DNA of 63,645 nucleotides, filler included, from Octopus bimaculoides (GCF_001194135.2; 6 parts of 6 records of this genome joined end to end with filler, not necessarily neighbours in it); one strand, 5' to 3'; shown: positions 24,966 to 38,102, numbered from the whole stretch's first letter. Notes: a model not told the origin generated them from the letters alone. Made by a program: numbers and translations.

Positions 24966-25351
24966 TGTTGTTGTTGGCACTCCGTCGCTTACGGCGTCGA
25001 GGGTTCCAGTTGATCCAATCAACGGAACAGCTTGCTTGTGAAATTAACGTGCAAGTGGCTGAGCAATCTACAGACACGTGTACCCTTAACATAGTTCTCG
25101 GGGATATTCAGCGTGACACAGTGTGACAAGGCTGACCCTTTGAATTACAGGCACAACAGAAACAGGAAGTAAGAGTGAGAGAAAGTTGTGGCGAAAGAGT
25201 ACAGCAGGGTTCGTCACCATCCCCTGCCAGAGCCTCGTGGGGCTTTAGGTGTTTTCGCTCAATAAACACTCACGACGCCCGGTCTGGGAATCGAAACCGC
25301 TATCCTATGACCGCGAGTCCGCTGCCCTAACCACTGGGCCATTGCGCCTCC
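24966..25351 (-). mobile_element. Full-length tRNA(Arg)-like SINE with (CAA)n tail and 12-bp TSD
   Basis: Minus-strand head GGAGGCGCAATGGCCCAGTGGTTAGGGCAGCGGACTCGCGG...GGTTTCGATTCCC has A and B boxes and a TCG anticodon-like loop. TSD CGACTCTGGAAT at 24954-24965 and 25352-25363. Confidence 0.9.
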
Positions 25352-26811
25352 CGACTCTGGAATAGCATTAAAACTGCGCAGATGCATTAAAAAGCATTAA
25401 AACTGCACAGATGCTCGTTGCGTTTGGAGGATGAGTTTTCTCATCTGGATTTATATTATCATTTACTTGGTGCTTTCATCTAATTGAGGCCTTGCTGGGG
25501 CACCTTCCAAATTGACCTCTGTACTTATCTTTAAGTTTTTACATTTTCTACCGCCCCTTTTCCCGAAAGTCATAAATCGGTCCGCAGCAATTACAGAAGA
25601 CAATCACACAAGATCCTCTGCAGTGGGCCTAAGCCAGAGACATTTCTTACTCATACTAAGCTATAACTTATATTCGTCTCTTTCTGAAGACTGAGATTTA
25701 TGGATAAATTGAATTTCATATAAATAAATCAACAAGCGTCCCTAAATATGTAGCTAGAATATATATTATGAGTACAAGTCTCATAGATATCTACAAATTG
25801 TTCTCGTTATATGAATTACATCAACCCTAGATTCCTGTAGCAGATTCCACTTTCCTGCAAGAATTTCAATCAATATTGGAGCTGACAGTACGCAATATTA
25901 ACTTTCAAAACTGAGACCCCTTTAGTTCCGTTACAAGATATCGTGTATATGATATTAATTAAAAGCAAATAATTATAAAATATATCTGAAGATTTTAATG
26001 AAAATGAAGCACTAAAAAATTGATGTCTACCAATGAACCAAATGCACAGACAATGTTTCTATATAATGGCTAGATATACCAAAAGCTATTTCATTATCGC
26101 CCTAGGCTCTAAGTGTTCTACATAATACTTATCCTTGTCAGCTAGTAAAACCGAGTAAATAAATGCGGTTATAGGATAGAGAGTGTCAGTACCTGATAAA
26201 ATAATTAAGTTAAGAATCAATTTCACTCTGATCATCAAAATATGCAGTAAGAAACCTTATATTAGCTATCAATGCATTACAATTGAATTACGTTTCAAAT
26301 TTCCCGATGTTTCCCACATTATCTCTCATCCTGCTCTCTATCCTACCTCCGTTCTTTTTCTCCTTTCTTGAGTCCTCGCATTCTAAGGCTCTCGTTTCTA
26401 TATTCCTAATGCTCTCCTTTCGAAGTTCCTAACATTCACCATTCTTTTGCAGTTATTTATGGCTTTTCCTATGTTTCTAAATCTTCTATCCTATTATCAG
26501 AGATCATGCTACACATACAACATTTTTTTTAATGAGCTCATAATCTTCATGCAATCATTAACATTTAGTCCCCAATAACACACAGTTCTTCTTGTTGCTG
26601 TATTCTATTCAAAAGATGGTTCTCGTAACATATATATATATTCGATAAATCATAGGAAAAATAGCTGTCTTTAGATATAGGTGTGCCTATGTGTGTGTAT
26701 ACGTGTATGTGTGTGTATACAAATATAACGCTGGAATGCAATATCCCTTTTTATCAGAAAAATATTTATAGACTCAGCAAGGAACTCTACAAATAGTATA
26801 TGTACGAAAAA

Positions 26812-27147
26812 TATTCGGGATCGATAAAATAAGTACCATTTGAACAGTGAGGTTGATGTAATCGACTTACCCCATCACGAAATTGCCGGCCTTGTGCCAA
26901 ACTTCAAATCAGTATATTATTTCGAATTGTTAAGGTGGCGCACAAGCGGAATCTTTAACAGACAGGGCAAAATGCTTAGCGGCATTTGATCCATTAACGC
27001 TGTGAGTTCAAATTCCGCCGCTGTGGAATTTCCCTTTCATCCGTTTGGGTGTCGATAAAATGACCACCAGTTGGACAGTGGTGATGATGTAATCGACTTA
27101 CCTCCCCTCCTGAAATTGCTGGTCTTGTGCCGAAATTTGAAACCAAT
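26812..27147 (+). mobile_element. Tandem SINE S2 (3' half plus a full copy)
   Basis: Both end in ggccttgtgccaaa/gaaatttgaaacc-type tails. Other S2 copies at 14425-14540 (-), 14830-14946 (-), 35474-35670 (+), 35935-36020 (+) and 50555-50630 (+). Confidence 0.8.
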
Positions 27148-27261
27148 ATATGATTTCGAAATAAAACTATATTATTGCGAAATGAAACGACTTGAATTTG
27201 GAAATGAAACGAAACCGTATCGCAAGATTACCAAATGTAATACTAACACAACCTTTTAATT

Positions 27262-27585
27262 CGTGCTTCAGTGCTTAAGGTATTCGGATCTCGATCGTAA
27301 GGTCGCGAGTTTTATTCCCGGCGGCGCGTTGTGTTCTTGAGCAAGACCCTTAATTTTACGTTGCTCCAGGAAGTATTTATTTTCCATTCATCCAAATCAG
27401 AAGTACCTATATTTGAAAGGACCTTCCTTGTCACATTCTGTGTCATGCTGAATCTCCCTGAGATCCATATTATAGGTGCGAATGTCCGTGGAGTGCTCGG
27501 CCACTTTCTCGTTAATTTCACGAGCAGGCTGTTCCCTTGATCCAATCATCTGAAACCCATTTCATCGTAACAGCCGGAGCGCCAC
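27262..27585 (+). mobile_element. Older, diverged relative of the 24966-25351 SINE
   Basis: tRNA-like head plus the shared 3' part gtggagtgctcggccact...cgttaatttcacgagcaggctgttcc. Further remnants at about 28095-28185 (-) and 56795-57090 (-). Confidence 0.6.
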
Positions 27586-28541
27586 TGAATGGATGCTGGG
27601 CTGTAGCATACTTAACTTTCCTGCTAGTTCTTTAGTGTTCTAACAAAACATCCAATTTTAAATGGGGATGAATATTACCTTCTGGTAGTAATATTGTTTC
27701 TGTCACTATTGTTTTTTAATAATCCCACTGCCTGACTCGACACAGATTCTATATATATCGCTGACAGAAGAATCGCTATTATTTCTAGCCACGGGTGTCT
27801 ACCAGTGAGAAGACTAAGGAAGGTGGAAATCACATGATCTAGTTCTCCCTGTGGTGACAGCGGACGATTATCTCCTGCTAACGATCCAACATGAGTGATA
27901 ATACGTATTATATGTCCATATGAGTGTTTCTTCCATGGAAGGTAACGGCAGTATTGTGTATTATAAGACAACATGCCAATTTAAGTGATGATAAATATAA
28001 GCTTTTACTACAAATACTGGTTTTTGGCGCTTTTAATTATTGCTTACATCAATTTAAAGCAGATTGCACTGGAATAACATGAAATGAAACGTTTTTTCTC
28101 GGAGAACACAACACACAGTCCGGTCCGGGGATCCGAACCACGATCGTTCGAGCATCAGTGAAATACCCTAAAAGCTAAGCGGAGCCTCTTTGCAACGGCA
28201 AAACTTAAACAAATAAATGATTACAGATTTTGAATTTACCATCTCATTAAAATATTTTATTCCACTACTTATAAGTAACATAACTTTCAGCATTACCCCA
28301 GCGATTTTCCTTCAATAAACACTAAGTCGGCCTGTGTTTGACCTGAGCCAATTCTAGTTCTGCTTAGCAATTCCGCCCAACCGTTATTAATCTTATAAAC
28401 GGTGTTGGTACTGCCAAAATAAATCTCATACATATGTCATGATCTCACACACACACACACACAACGCACGCAAACACATACACGAGTACACATGTATACG
28501 CAGATGGGAATAGGCGCATATACATATATATATATAGATAT

Positions 28542-28595
<54 letters not shown>

Positions 28596-28695
28596 GGATG
28601 TGTGTATTTATATATATGTATATATATGTATTCATATATATGTGTATGTATATATATATATGTGTGTGTGTGTATGTGTGTATGTGTATGTATAT

Positions 28696-28795
28696 NNNNN
28701 NNNNNNNNNNNNNNNNNNNNNNNNNNNNNNNNNNNNNNNTTAATTAATTAANNNNNNNNNNNNNNNNNNNNNNNNNNNNNNNNNNNNNNNNNNNN
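28696..28795. other. Artificial 100-bp six-frame-stop spacer
   Basis: Identical layout. Confidence 0.97.
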
Positions 28796-28942
28796 CCTTC
28801 CTACGATCCCTTTTGATCGACCCCCCCTTTTTTTTTCCTTCCTTCCCTCTCCCAAAAAGAAAAGCTCTACATTGTATTTGTCCCATCTTCGTTGAGCCCT
28901 GTGTGGCTAATAAAAGAAATGTATCTATCTATCTATCTATCG
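28796..28942 (+). mobile_element. Longer copy of the same LINE-like 3' end followed by (TATC)n
   Basis: Pyrimidine-rich UTR, then gctctacattgtatttgtcccatcttcgttgagccctgtgtggctAATAAAagaaatgtatctatctatctatctatc. Confidence 0.7.
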
Positions 28943-29269
28943 ATCTGAACTCGTATGCAGTTGTCCAATAGTTATCAGCATGTTAGGAAGATAAGCACCC
29001 ATACATTAGGAAGTCGAATGGTTGTGCCATTTATACAGTTTTATAGACTTAATCTCGTAACAGCCGACTCCTGTTGCCGGTCAGTTTTGTGTTAAAGAAT
29101 CTTGGAAGAGCGTAGAACCATCACCTTACAGTGACCACACATATGCTGTTCATATAGATACATGCATACTTACGTACATACATACTTACGTACATACATA
29201 CGTATACACACAAACACACACACGCGCACATATCCACACCCGAATACATAGTCCTGGGCTCTGTCCCTC

Positions 29270-29610
29270 TGTATGTCGCCTTGGGCAAGTGTTTTCTACT
29301 ATAGCCTCAGGCTGACCAAAGCCTTAGGAGTGGATCTAAAATACGGAAACTGAAAGAAGCGTATCACATATATATATATGTGTGTATGTGTATGTGTGTA
29401 TGTGCGTGTATATGTCTGGTGTGTGTGTGTTTCTCCCCACTACACCGTTTGACAACTGGTGTTGGTTTGCTTACATCTACATAACCTAGCGGTTCCTCGA
29501 ACGGTAGAGATAGAATAAAATACTAGGCTTGAAAATGTGCTGGGACCCATTTATTCGGTTAAAAATTCATCAAGATCGTGCTCAATCTTGGCCGCAGTCT
29601 AGTGAATAAA
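29270..29610 (+). mobile_element. Diverged 5'-truncated SINE S1 copy
   Basis: cttgggcaagtgttttctactatagcctcagg...gaaactgaaagaagc, microsatellite, then the 3' domain. Another S1 3' half lies at 14118-14310. Confidence 0.75.
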
Positions 29611-29649
29611 ATAAGTAAAAGATAGAGGGCAAAGAATATAAATATATAT

Positions 29650-29890
29650 GTTACACACACACGCATGCACACGCACCCACAAATACACACACGTACGCAC
29701 GCACGCACCCATACACACACACACGCACACACACACGCGCATACACATACACACAAACACACACACGCACGCACACATACCCACGCATACACACACATGC
29801 ACACACACATACACACGCACGCACACACACACGCACACGCACACACACACACATACATGCACACGCACGCACAAACACACACACACTTAT
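29650..29890. repeat. Degenerate (CA)/(CGCA) repeat
   Basis: Direct inspection. Confidence 0.95.
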
Positions 29891-30105
29891 ATACGTATTG
29901 ATATATATTAAAGGAAAACAAAACCATGGCAGGCCGAGTATCTCAGGTAATTTAGAATATTCAATTAGAGTAAGGTGAATCACAGATGGAGAAAGTAGAA
30001 TTAATTAATGTCTTACAACTGTTTCTGGGATATCCCAGGTGATGGACCCACATCTCCGTACTCTGGGTATTCCGTCATCAGAGACAAGTTGAGTGTATGT
30101 ATGAA

Positions 30106-30411
30106 CAGTGGCGGACTGCTCAGGTAGCCGACTTGCCCGATGGCAAGTGAGCCCCTACGCCAGTAGTATGAGGACCCATGTTAGTATCTAAGGGGCTGAT
30201 CCCCTCAAGTCAGAGAATTTTTTTTATTCACTCCTGGAAGAATGCATTAATTATTTCAGCCTGGCTGTGTTTGTAGGCAGCTGAAAAGAATACTTTCAGA
30301 AAAAAAAAAATTAAATGATAGCATTGTAGTTGCGGGTGGGACCCCTTGTAATTGCGGGTGGGTTCCCTTAGTCTCCTGGCAACCAATATTTTTAGACCCA
30401 GTCCGACAATG
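30106..30411. mobile_element. Non-autonomous hAT-type MITE (306 bp) with a perfect 8-bp TSD
   Basis: TIRs CAGTGGCGGACTG (30106-18) and CAGTCCGACAATG (30399-411) match at 11 of 13 positions. Direct repeat TGTATGAA at 30098-30105 and 30412-30419. Confidence 0.85.
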
Positions 30412-30719
30412 TGTATGAAAGTTCCAGAGAGAGAATTCACAGTCTATAAAAGAATAAAATAGTAGATAGAAGAATAAAGACAGGAGAATGACGTTCACAG
30501 TTCATCTTGTTCCAGAGGTTATGGAGGTCAGTCCGTACTTCCGTGAAGGTATAGCACCTTAAGTATTATCTCAGGTAAATCCAGGCAGTATTATGAATGT
30601 TGCATTCAGAATGAACGAATAGATCAAGGGGTTAGCTTGTAAGAAAAATGGTCCACATGGGTATGTAGTGTGAGAGAGACAGACATGTCTCTGGTCTGTC
30701 TATCATGATGTCTGTCTCA

Positions 30720-31292
30720 TATGCATGTATGCATGTTTATATGCATGTATGTATGCATGTATGTATGTATGTATGTATGTATGTATGTATGTATGTATGT
30801 ATGCATGTATGTATGTAGGTAAGTATTTATGCAAGTCTGGATGTATGTATGTATGTATGTCTGTATGTAGGTATGTATGTATGTAGGTATGTATNNNNNN
30901 NNNNNNNNNNNNNNNNNNNNNNNNNNNNNNNNNNNNNNNNNNNNNNNNNNNNNNNNNNNNNNNNNNNNNNNNNNNNNNNNNNNNNNNNNNNNNNNNNNNN
31001 NNNNNNNNNNNNNNNNNNNNNNNNNNNNNNNNNNNNNNNNNNNNNNNNNNNNNNNNNNNNNNNNNNNNNNNNNNNNNNNNNNNNNNNNNNNNNNNNNNNN
31101 NNNNNNNNNNNNNNNNNNNNNNNNNNNNNNNNNNNNNNNNNNNNNNNNNNNNNNNNNNNNNNNNNNNNNNNNNNNNNTACCTACCTACCTACCTACCTAC
31201 CTACCTACCTACCTACCTACCTACATACATACATACATGCATGCATACATACATACATACATACATACATACATACATACATACATACATAC
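30720..31292. repeat. (ATGT)n, then a gap, then (CCTA)n(CATA)n tetranucleotide arrays
   Basis: Direct inspection. The strand sense flips across the gap. Confidence 0.95.
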
Positions 31293-32466
31293 ACGCCTAG
31301 ATTTTGGCAGGAGGGCAAAAGTCATAATCGTCTTCCAGGAAATTTGCATTCTAGAATAGAAGATGCACGAAACTGAAAAGTCCTGTGAATTATATCCTCT
31401 CTCATTTTTGTCACTTGGAGCTCTTCTAATATACAAAAAAAATAAAGAGTGAGATAAAAGCAGAGAAACGCTATATAAACATCTTTGACAGTAAGAATTT
31501 GTTCAAAAGGATATTTCTTTCTACTTGAAAAAAAGAAAAAAAAAAGCATAGAAATAATTCTAATGCATCTTCGCCTCCAAGATAACATCTACCAAAATTT
31601 TGCTTCCAGCTATATTTGTCGTGTTTATAACTTTTCGTTTAGCCACAATCTTAGAGTTTCCTGATGAGAAAAGCAAATAAAAGCAAAATGAGAGATAAAA
31701 TTCTATGACGTAGAGAAAATCATATGACGTAGAGAGAGAAAAAAAAAAAGTAATGTATTTCTATAATTTGACCCCAATTTATGAATTTACGTCATGTCGT
31801 AATGTCAGACGGAGCAACAATTTACGAACTAGCTTTTAGTGTAATTTGGAAAAATTTCCCGAAGGAAAAACCCGGATGCATAAAGAGGTATGTATGTATG
31901 TATATATATTTGTATATACGTACACACACCTACACATCCACACAAAAATACACATAGAGGCATACATACACCGCTACACGAACATATGTAAATATATATA
32001 TATATAAATTCATTATGTAGATAAGTGGGGTTAGAAATTTTCTGCAGAATGTGTGAAGTAAATTTAGGTTTGTTCATGAGAAACCTTCACAAGCTCGCAC
32101 GGACATACATACATACATTTCTTACCATACCACGAGTTTCACAAAGAGAGGTCATTAGATAAAGTGATATCATAAAGAAGTAGAGACTGAAATTGGTCAA
32201 GGAATCACTGTCTGATTATTAAATGATGTATCTAGTGAAATGTCTCCAATCATAGTGCCACGTTGTCAGACTTGTTTTGCATAAAATTTTAATACGTACG
32301 TACATATATACGTACATACAGTAAATATATACAGAAGATATTTTTCAAGTTTAAAATGTGATAATATTTTCATTATCTACATTCCAACGATGGAGTCTGT
32401 ATCTTCCCTCAGAGAATGAATTAATTAAAAAGCAGAAGAGAACATACATATGCAACATCCCGTCAC

Positions 32467-32497
<31 letters not shown>

Positions 32498-32499
32498 TG

Positions 32500-32531
<32 letters not shown>

Positions 32532-33605
32532 AATAGCGATGAACAGTCGTCTATATGCTATGCTGGATACATGGTGTTTGTTTGGTATGTTGATTCACTG
32601 TTTATTTCTATTTTTCTGGACCATATTATACTGACGAGTAGAAGTTGTATAATACTACAATAACTACGAAATCATGATCGATAATTTAGTTCGTTTTTAA
32701 GGGGTTGGCTTTGAGAATTGCAATTCCTCGCATTCGGTAAAAATGTGCTTTTTATAGTAGTCTGACCTTAGAGTCCCTCATGGCGTGAGGCGTTATTATA
32801 TAGTAATGCCCTTATATAAATATAAATATATATTTCGGGAATNNNNNNNNNNNNNNNNNNNNNNNNNNNNNNNNNNNNNNNNNNNNNNNNNNNNNNNNNN
32901 NNNNNNNNNNNNNNNNNNNNNNNNNNNNNNNNNNNNNNNNNNNNNNNNNNNNNNNNNNNNNNNNNNNNNNNNNNNNNNNNNNNNNNNNNNNNNNNNNNNN
33001 NNNNNNNNNNNNNNNNNNNNNNNNNNNNNNNNNNNNNNNNNNNNNNNNNNNNNNNNNNNNNNNNNNNNNNNNNNNNNNNNNNNNNNNNNNNNNNNNNNNN
33101 NNNNNNNNNNNNNNNNNNNNNNNNNNNNNNNNNNNNNNNNNNNNNNNNNNNNNNNNNNNNNNNNNNNNNNNNNNNNNNNNNNNNNNNNNNNNNNNNNNNN
33201 NNNNNNNNNNNNNNNNNNNNNNNNNNNNNNNNNNNNNNNNNNNNNNNNNNNNNNNNNNNNNNNNNNNNNNNNNNNNNNNNNNNNNNNNNNNNNNNNNNNN
33301 NNNNNNNNNNNNNNNNNNNNNNNNNNNNNNNNNNNNNNNNNNNNNNNNNNNNNNNNNNNNNNNNNNNNNNNNNNNNNNNNNNNNNNNNNNNNNNNNNNNN
33401 NNNNNNNNNNNNNNNNNNNNNNNNNNNNNNNNNNNNNNNNNNNNNNNNNNNNNNTATATGTAGACCTGTATGTATATATGTATTTATGTATGTATGATGT
33501 ATGTATGTATTTATGTATGTATGCTTACGGGCAAGTATGTATATAGGTATATGTACATACACGTGCTTGTGGACGCAGGCATGGCTAACAATGTATATGT
33601 AGATC

Positions 33606-33965
33606 TCAGATACAAGACTTCATGAATATTTTCAGAATTTTGACAGTACCTTTTATCGCTTGTAGCTGTAATCTATTGGTAAGTCGTGTTCTTTCTCGTT
33701 TTGTCAGACCCAGATTCTCAAGCTTACTAAGGAGACTGTTCCTCACGTAGCCAACTGCTCGAGTAATTATTCATAATTATCTAAAGCTATAATCTGGATG
33801 GAATAACAACAGATTTCTCAACAGTTCGCTATAGATGTTTAATTTTCACTAAGCTTCACCAACCTAATACTATCTTGATATCTGTTGGGTCATTGATTTC
33901 GAAGATACTTTACTCTGTTCCAGACCGTTATGTCTGGCATTCCACCGGTGTTATATCAAATTATG
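33606..33965 (-). mobile_element. Decayed C-terminus of an RLE-class non-LTR retrotransposon (R2/R4/Hero/NeSL group)
   Basis: Across frameshifts: PDITVWNRVK...IFEINDPTDIKIV...KLNIYSELLRNLLLFHPDYSF...IITRAVGYVRNSLLSKLENLGLTKRERTRLTNRLQLQAIKGTVKILKIFM. This matches the PD-(D/E)xK restriction-like endonuclease and terminal helix pattern. Confidence 0.65.
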
Positions 33966-33967
33966 TA

Positions 33968-35140
33968 CGAGATCTGATCAATGAGTATCTGGACTGGTGC
34001 TATAAATACAAATCTGCGATACTTACCAATTTGGCATTTAATCTCTTTCAAAGTAGTTCCCATTTGGAAACCGCACACTTAATTCAGCGCTGTTTCCATT
34101 GATGGAAGCATTTCTGGAACTTGTTTTCTGGGATAATCAGAAGCTGCCTCGTCGCATTTACTTTGATTTCCTCGATGTGTTGAAATCTTCCTTTCAAGCG
34201 AGATTTGATTTGGAAAGAGGAAAAAGTCGCAAGCGGCGAGATCTGGGGAATGCTGTACTTAGCCAAAAGCTGCTTCACAAGCTGCGCTGAATGGGCAGCT
34301 GCGGAGTCATGGTGCAATTGCCACTCACCGGACGCATATAACTGTGGCCTATTCTGACGAATAGCATCTCACGGATGCCGCAAAACATCACGGTAGAACT
34401 CGTTGTTTACTGTGTGGCCAGATGGAGCATACTTATGATGAACAATCCTTTTGTAGTCGCAGAAAGCGGTCAACAGCGTCTTCACATTCTTCGGTCTCGG
34501 TGAGGTTGAGGGGTCTTCCCCCGCGAATACGGAGCCTTTGTTTGGGGACATAGCCACAGACCCACGATTCATCACCCGTTATGACCGTTTTCAAAAAGTT
34601 TTCATCGTTCTCAACACAATCAAGGAGATCTTATGCAACTGAAATTCGAGTGCCTTTTTGGTTAGCTGAAAGCAGATTTGGCACAATCTTGGCAGACATG
34701 GGTCTCATACCGAAATCTTCAGTGATAATGGACTGAACTGAACTGTAACGTATCAACTCATTCTCTAATAAGTCACGGATGGTGACTCGACGATTTCCCC
34801 TCACAGCTGCACGCACATCTGCGATGTTTTTCTCAGTTCTGCTGGTTGTGAATCTCCCAGAACGTTTGTCACTGTCGACATTTTTCGACCATCTTCGCAA
34901 CGTCTGAACCACTTGTACACTTCTGTGCGGCTCACACACTCCTCTCCATACGCTTTATGCAACTTTATGTAGGCCTTTGAGCAGTTAACGCTAAACTTTT
35001 GACAAAATTTAATTCAGATTCTCTGCTCAACTTTCTCTGTCATGGTAAATGCTACGATAACACTGTACACATGTTCATTCAAAGCACTGCTGTAAACAGC
35101 AGAAGTGGGCTACAATGTTAAAACGTAGTGCGTAGGCACA
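33968..35140 (-). mobile_element. Degenerate mariner (DD34D-type) transposon; transposase about 34035-35043
   Basis: ATG at 35043 gives MTEKVEQRI*IKFC...AYGEECVSRTEVYKWFRR. Catalytic motifs VITGDESW, HHDSAAAH and SPDLAACDFFLFP are present, ending NGNYFERD*. A mariner-like TIR CGAGATCTGATCAATGAGTATCTGGACT follows TA at 33966-67. The other TIR is not recognisable. Confidence 0.9.
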
Positions 35141-35830
35141 GGAAGTACTCGGTCAACTGCAATATTTTTTTTATTCCATATCAATATATATACCAACATT
35201 GAAATTATAAATTATGCATTAGTTCTCCGCAGCATATTCAATAATCTGCCACTTATAACTTTCCATATTAAGGATACTCATATAACCCACATTTAAAACC
35301 CATGATATTAGCATGCTGATTTATTAAAACAATGATCATATAAACCATATTTAATATCATAATACTAGTATAAATTTATTCCATAGATTTCTCAAATTTT
35401 AAATTATAATATTCAAATACTCTAATACCAACTTATCTCAGCTTTATACAATAATCTATAATACTTATTTCATAAGGCGGCCTGCTGGGCGAAATGCTCA
35501 GCGGTATTTCGCTTGTCTTTACGTTCTGAGTTCAAATTCCTTCGAGGTCGACTTTGCTTTTCATCCTTTCGAGGTCGATAAATTAAGTACCAGTTACGTA
35601 CTGGGGTCTATCTAATCGACTGACCCCCTCAGAATTTCGGGCCTTTTGTCGAGAGTAGAATAGAATATTTATTTCCTTACAACCATTATAATTATCCTTT
35701 TGTTTTCAGTAATTTACTTAATAACCCTCTATTTATATATTTACATATATCTTTTCCACGTAACCCCTATCTTTAAAAAAATGCTATTCCTAAGATTTTT
35801 TTATTTTTATTTTCTAAAAACTTATAAACC

Positions 35831-35930
35831 NNNNNNNNNNNNNNNNNNNNNNNNNNNNNNNNNNNNNNNNNNNNTTAATTAATTAANNNNNNNNNNNNNN
35901 NNNNNNNNNNNNNNNNNNNNNNNNNNNNNN
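35831..35930. other. Artificial 100-bp six-frame-stop spacer
   Basis: Identical layout. Confidence 0.97.
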
Positions 35931-36031
35931 TTGTGCCCATACCAGAAGAGAACTGGGGTCGATATTATCGACTTGCCCCGACTCTGAAATCGCTGGCCTT
36001 GTGCCAAAGTTTGAAACCCTCATTATTATTC

Positions 36032-36092
<61 letters not shown>

Positions 36093-36405
36093 CATTAGCA
36101 TAACCGCCTGAATAATAATGAAAGGGATCTATAGATAAAAAAAATTGTTGAGACCCCTTGCTCTAGATGTATGTATGGGTTATTTATTGCAAGAAACAGC
36201 TAGGTTTCCCTCTCTAACATTTCACAGAGTTCAACTTACACAAGTTAATGATTGAAAACCGTAATAGCAATTCTGAAAGAAGTTTCTATAAAACTAGATT
36301 TTAAACATCTAATGGCTATGGGGATTCACCAGAATAAAATGGTAATCAAAGGGGCCGATAGGTAAAAAATGGGTGAGAACTCTGTTTTAGTTGGAAAACT
36401 GGATT

Positions 36406-36432
36406 GACGTTTCGAGCATGGCTCTTCGTCGG
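36406..36432 (-). ncRNA. Related hammerhead-like motif with a mutated core
   Basis: Minus strand reads CCGACGA a GAGC cat GCTC GAAAC GTC. The U4 position is C and stem I is weak. Confidence 0.4.
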
Positions 36433-36508
36433 AAAGAGGAAAAAGTTTAGAGAGGAAGAAAAGGGTGAAGGAATGGATAGTCCGAGAAAAGCAGACACGC
36501 ACGCATGC

Positions 36509-36546
<38 letters not shown>

Positions 36547-36813
36547 GGACACACAAACAAACAAACATACACACACACACATATACATACATACATAAAA
36601 TACAAATAACAAAATGCAATAGAAATCCTAGGGATGTTGACAGTTAATATTATGTTGATACGCAAAGAAGGAATAAAAGTTATAGAATGAATGTATAACT
36701 TTGAGAAATAGTCCGTTGTCGGATTTTTGAGAGAAGTCCCAGACAGAATGGAAAGAGAAGAAAAAGATGAAAGGAAACGAAGATGAGAGAAGAGAGTCAA
36801 GAAAAATGCACAT

Positions 36814-37440
36814 GGCGTAGGAGTGGCTGTGTGGTAAGTAGCTTGCTTACCAACCACATGGTTCCGTGTTCAATCCCACTGCAGTGGTGCCTTGGGTAAG
36901 TGTCCTCTACTATAGCCTCGGGTCAACCAAAGCCTTGTGAGTGGATTTGGTAGACGGAAACTGAAAGAAGCCCGTCGTATATATATATATATATATATNN
37001 NNNNNNNNNNNNNNNNNNNNNNNNNNNNNNNNNNNNNNNNNNNNNNNNNNNNNNNNNNNNNNNNNNNNNNNNNNNNNNNNNNNNNNNNNNNNNNNNNNNN
37101 NNNNNNNNNNNNNNNNNNNNNNNNNNNNNNNNNNNNNNNNNNNNNNNNNNNNNNNNNNNNNNNNNNNNNNNNNNNNNNNNNNNNNNNNNNNNNNNNNNNN
37201 NTGTGTGTGTGTGTGTGTGTGTGTGTATGTATATGTTTGTGTGTCTGTGTTTGTCCCCCCAACATCGCTTGACAACCGATGCTAGTGTGTTTACCTCCCC
37301 GTAACTTAGCGGTTCGACCAATGTGACCGATAGAATAAGTACTAGGCTTACAAAGAATAAGTCCTGGGATCGATGTGCTCGACTAAGGGTGGTGCTCCAG
37401 CATGGCCACAGTCAAAAGACTGAAACAAGTAAGAGTAAAA
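36814..37440 (+). mobile_element. Full-length SINE S1 with internal microsatellite spanning a gap
   Basis: Head at 36814, (TA)n/N/(TG)n at 36979-37225, tail ggtgctccagcatggccacagtcaaaagactgaaacaagtaagag. Confidence 0.9.
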
Positions 37441-37483
37441 GGGTATGAGTTACGTTAGCACACATACATACAGACATACACAC

Positions 37484-37517
<34 letters not shown>

Positions 37518-38102
37518 GCATACATACGTACATACATACATACATACGTGATGGCTGCAAACTCGTGTTGGAGCATTGCCATCGCCTGATATCGAAAGTC
37601 CCACACATGCGAAGGCTACGACTAGCCATTTTTGTGATAGGTCTTACTTTTGTTTTCAAGCGATGCCTGTGCATGATGATCTTTTTGTAATAGGGAAAGC
37701 ATCTGCACAAATCCAATCCCACTCTCTGAACATGGACGACATAAACTCGAAAAGAAAAACTAGCCTACATCATCGACTATTGCCAGCGTTGCAGGCTTTC
37801 TCTTAGAGAGATGTAACAACAACAGAGGGGCCTCCCAGTCCCAGTGGGCCAATAACCATACATACATACACATGTACACATATTGTTGGATGGCCGTTGA
37901 CTGCTCATGAGCCCTTCCGCCCTGCAGAGTGTCCAACAATCGCCCTCCTCACCAAGCAAACTTGATGGGGTTGCAAGTTTAGTCACCGATGAGCTGACAA
38001 TTCAATAGGTTGTACTGCGTTGCATGTTACTAGTAGCGCCGTGGATCGAGGGTGATTTTTTCCTCCGCCATCCTTTTCTCTTGGACTTAACTCTGTCGCC
38101 TA

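Noticed and set aside
30894-31178. Switch from (ATGT)n to (CCTA)n(CATA)n across a gap as a real inversion
   Set aside because: It cannot be distinguished from a scaffolding orientation error inside simple repeats.
31659-31690. CTGATGAG as another hammerhead core
   Set aside because: No stem II pairing and no GAAA-stem III-NUH downstream.
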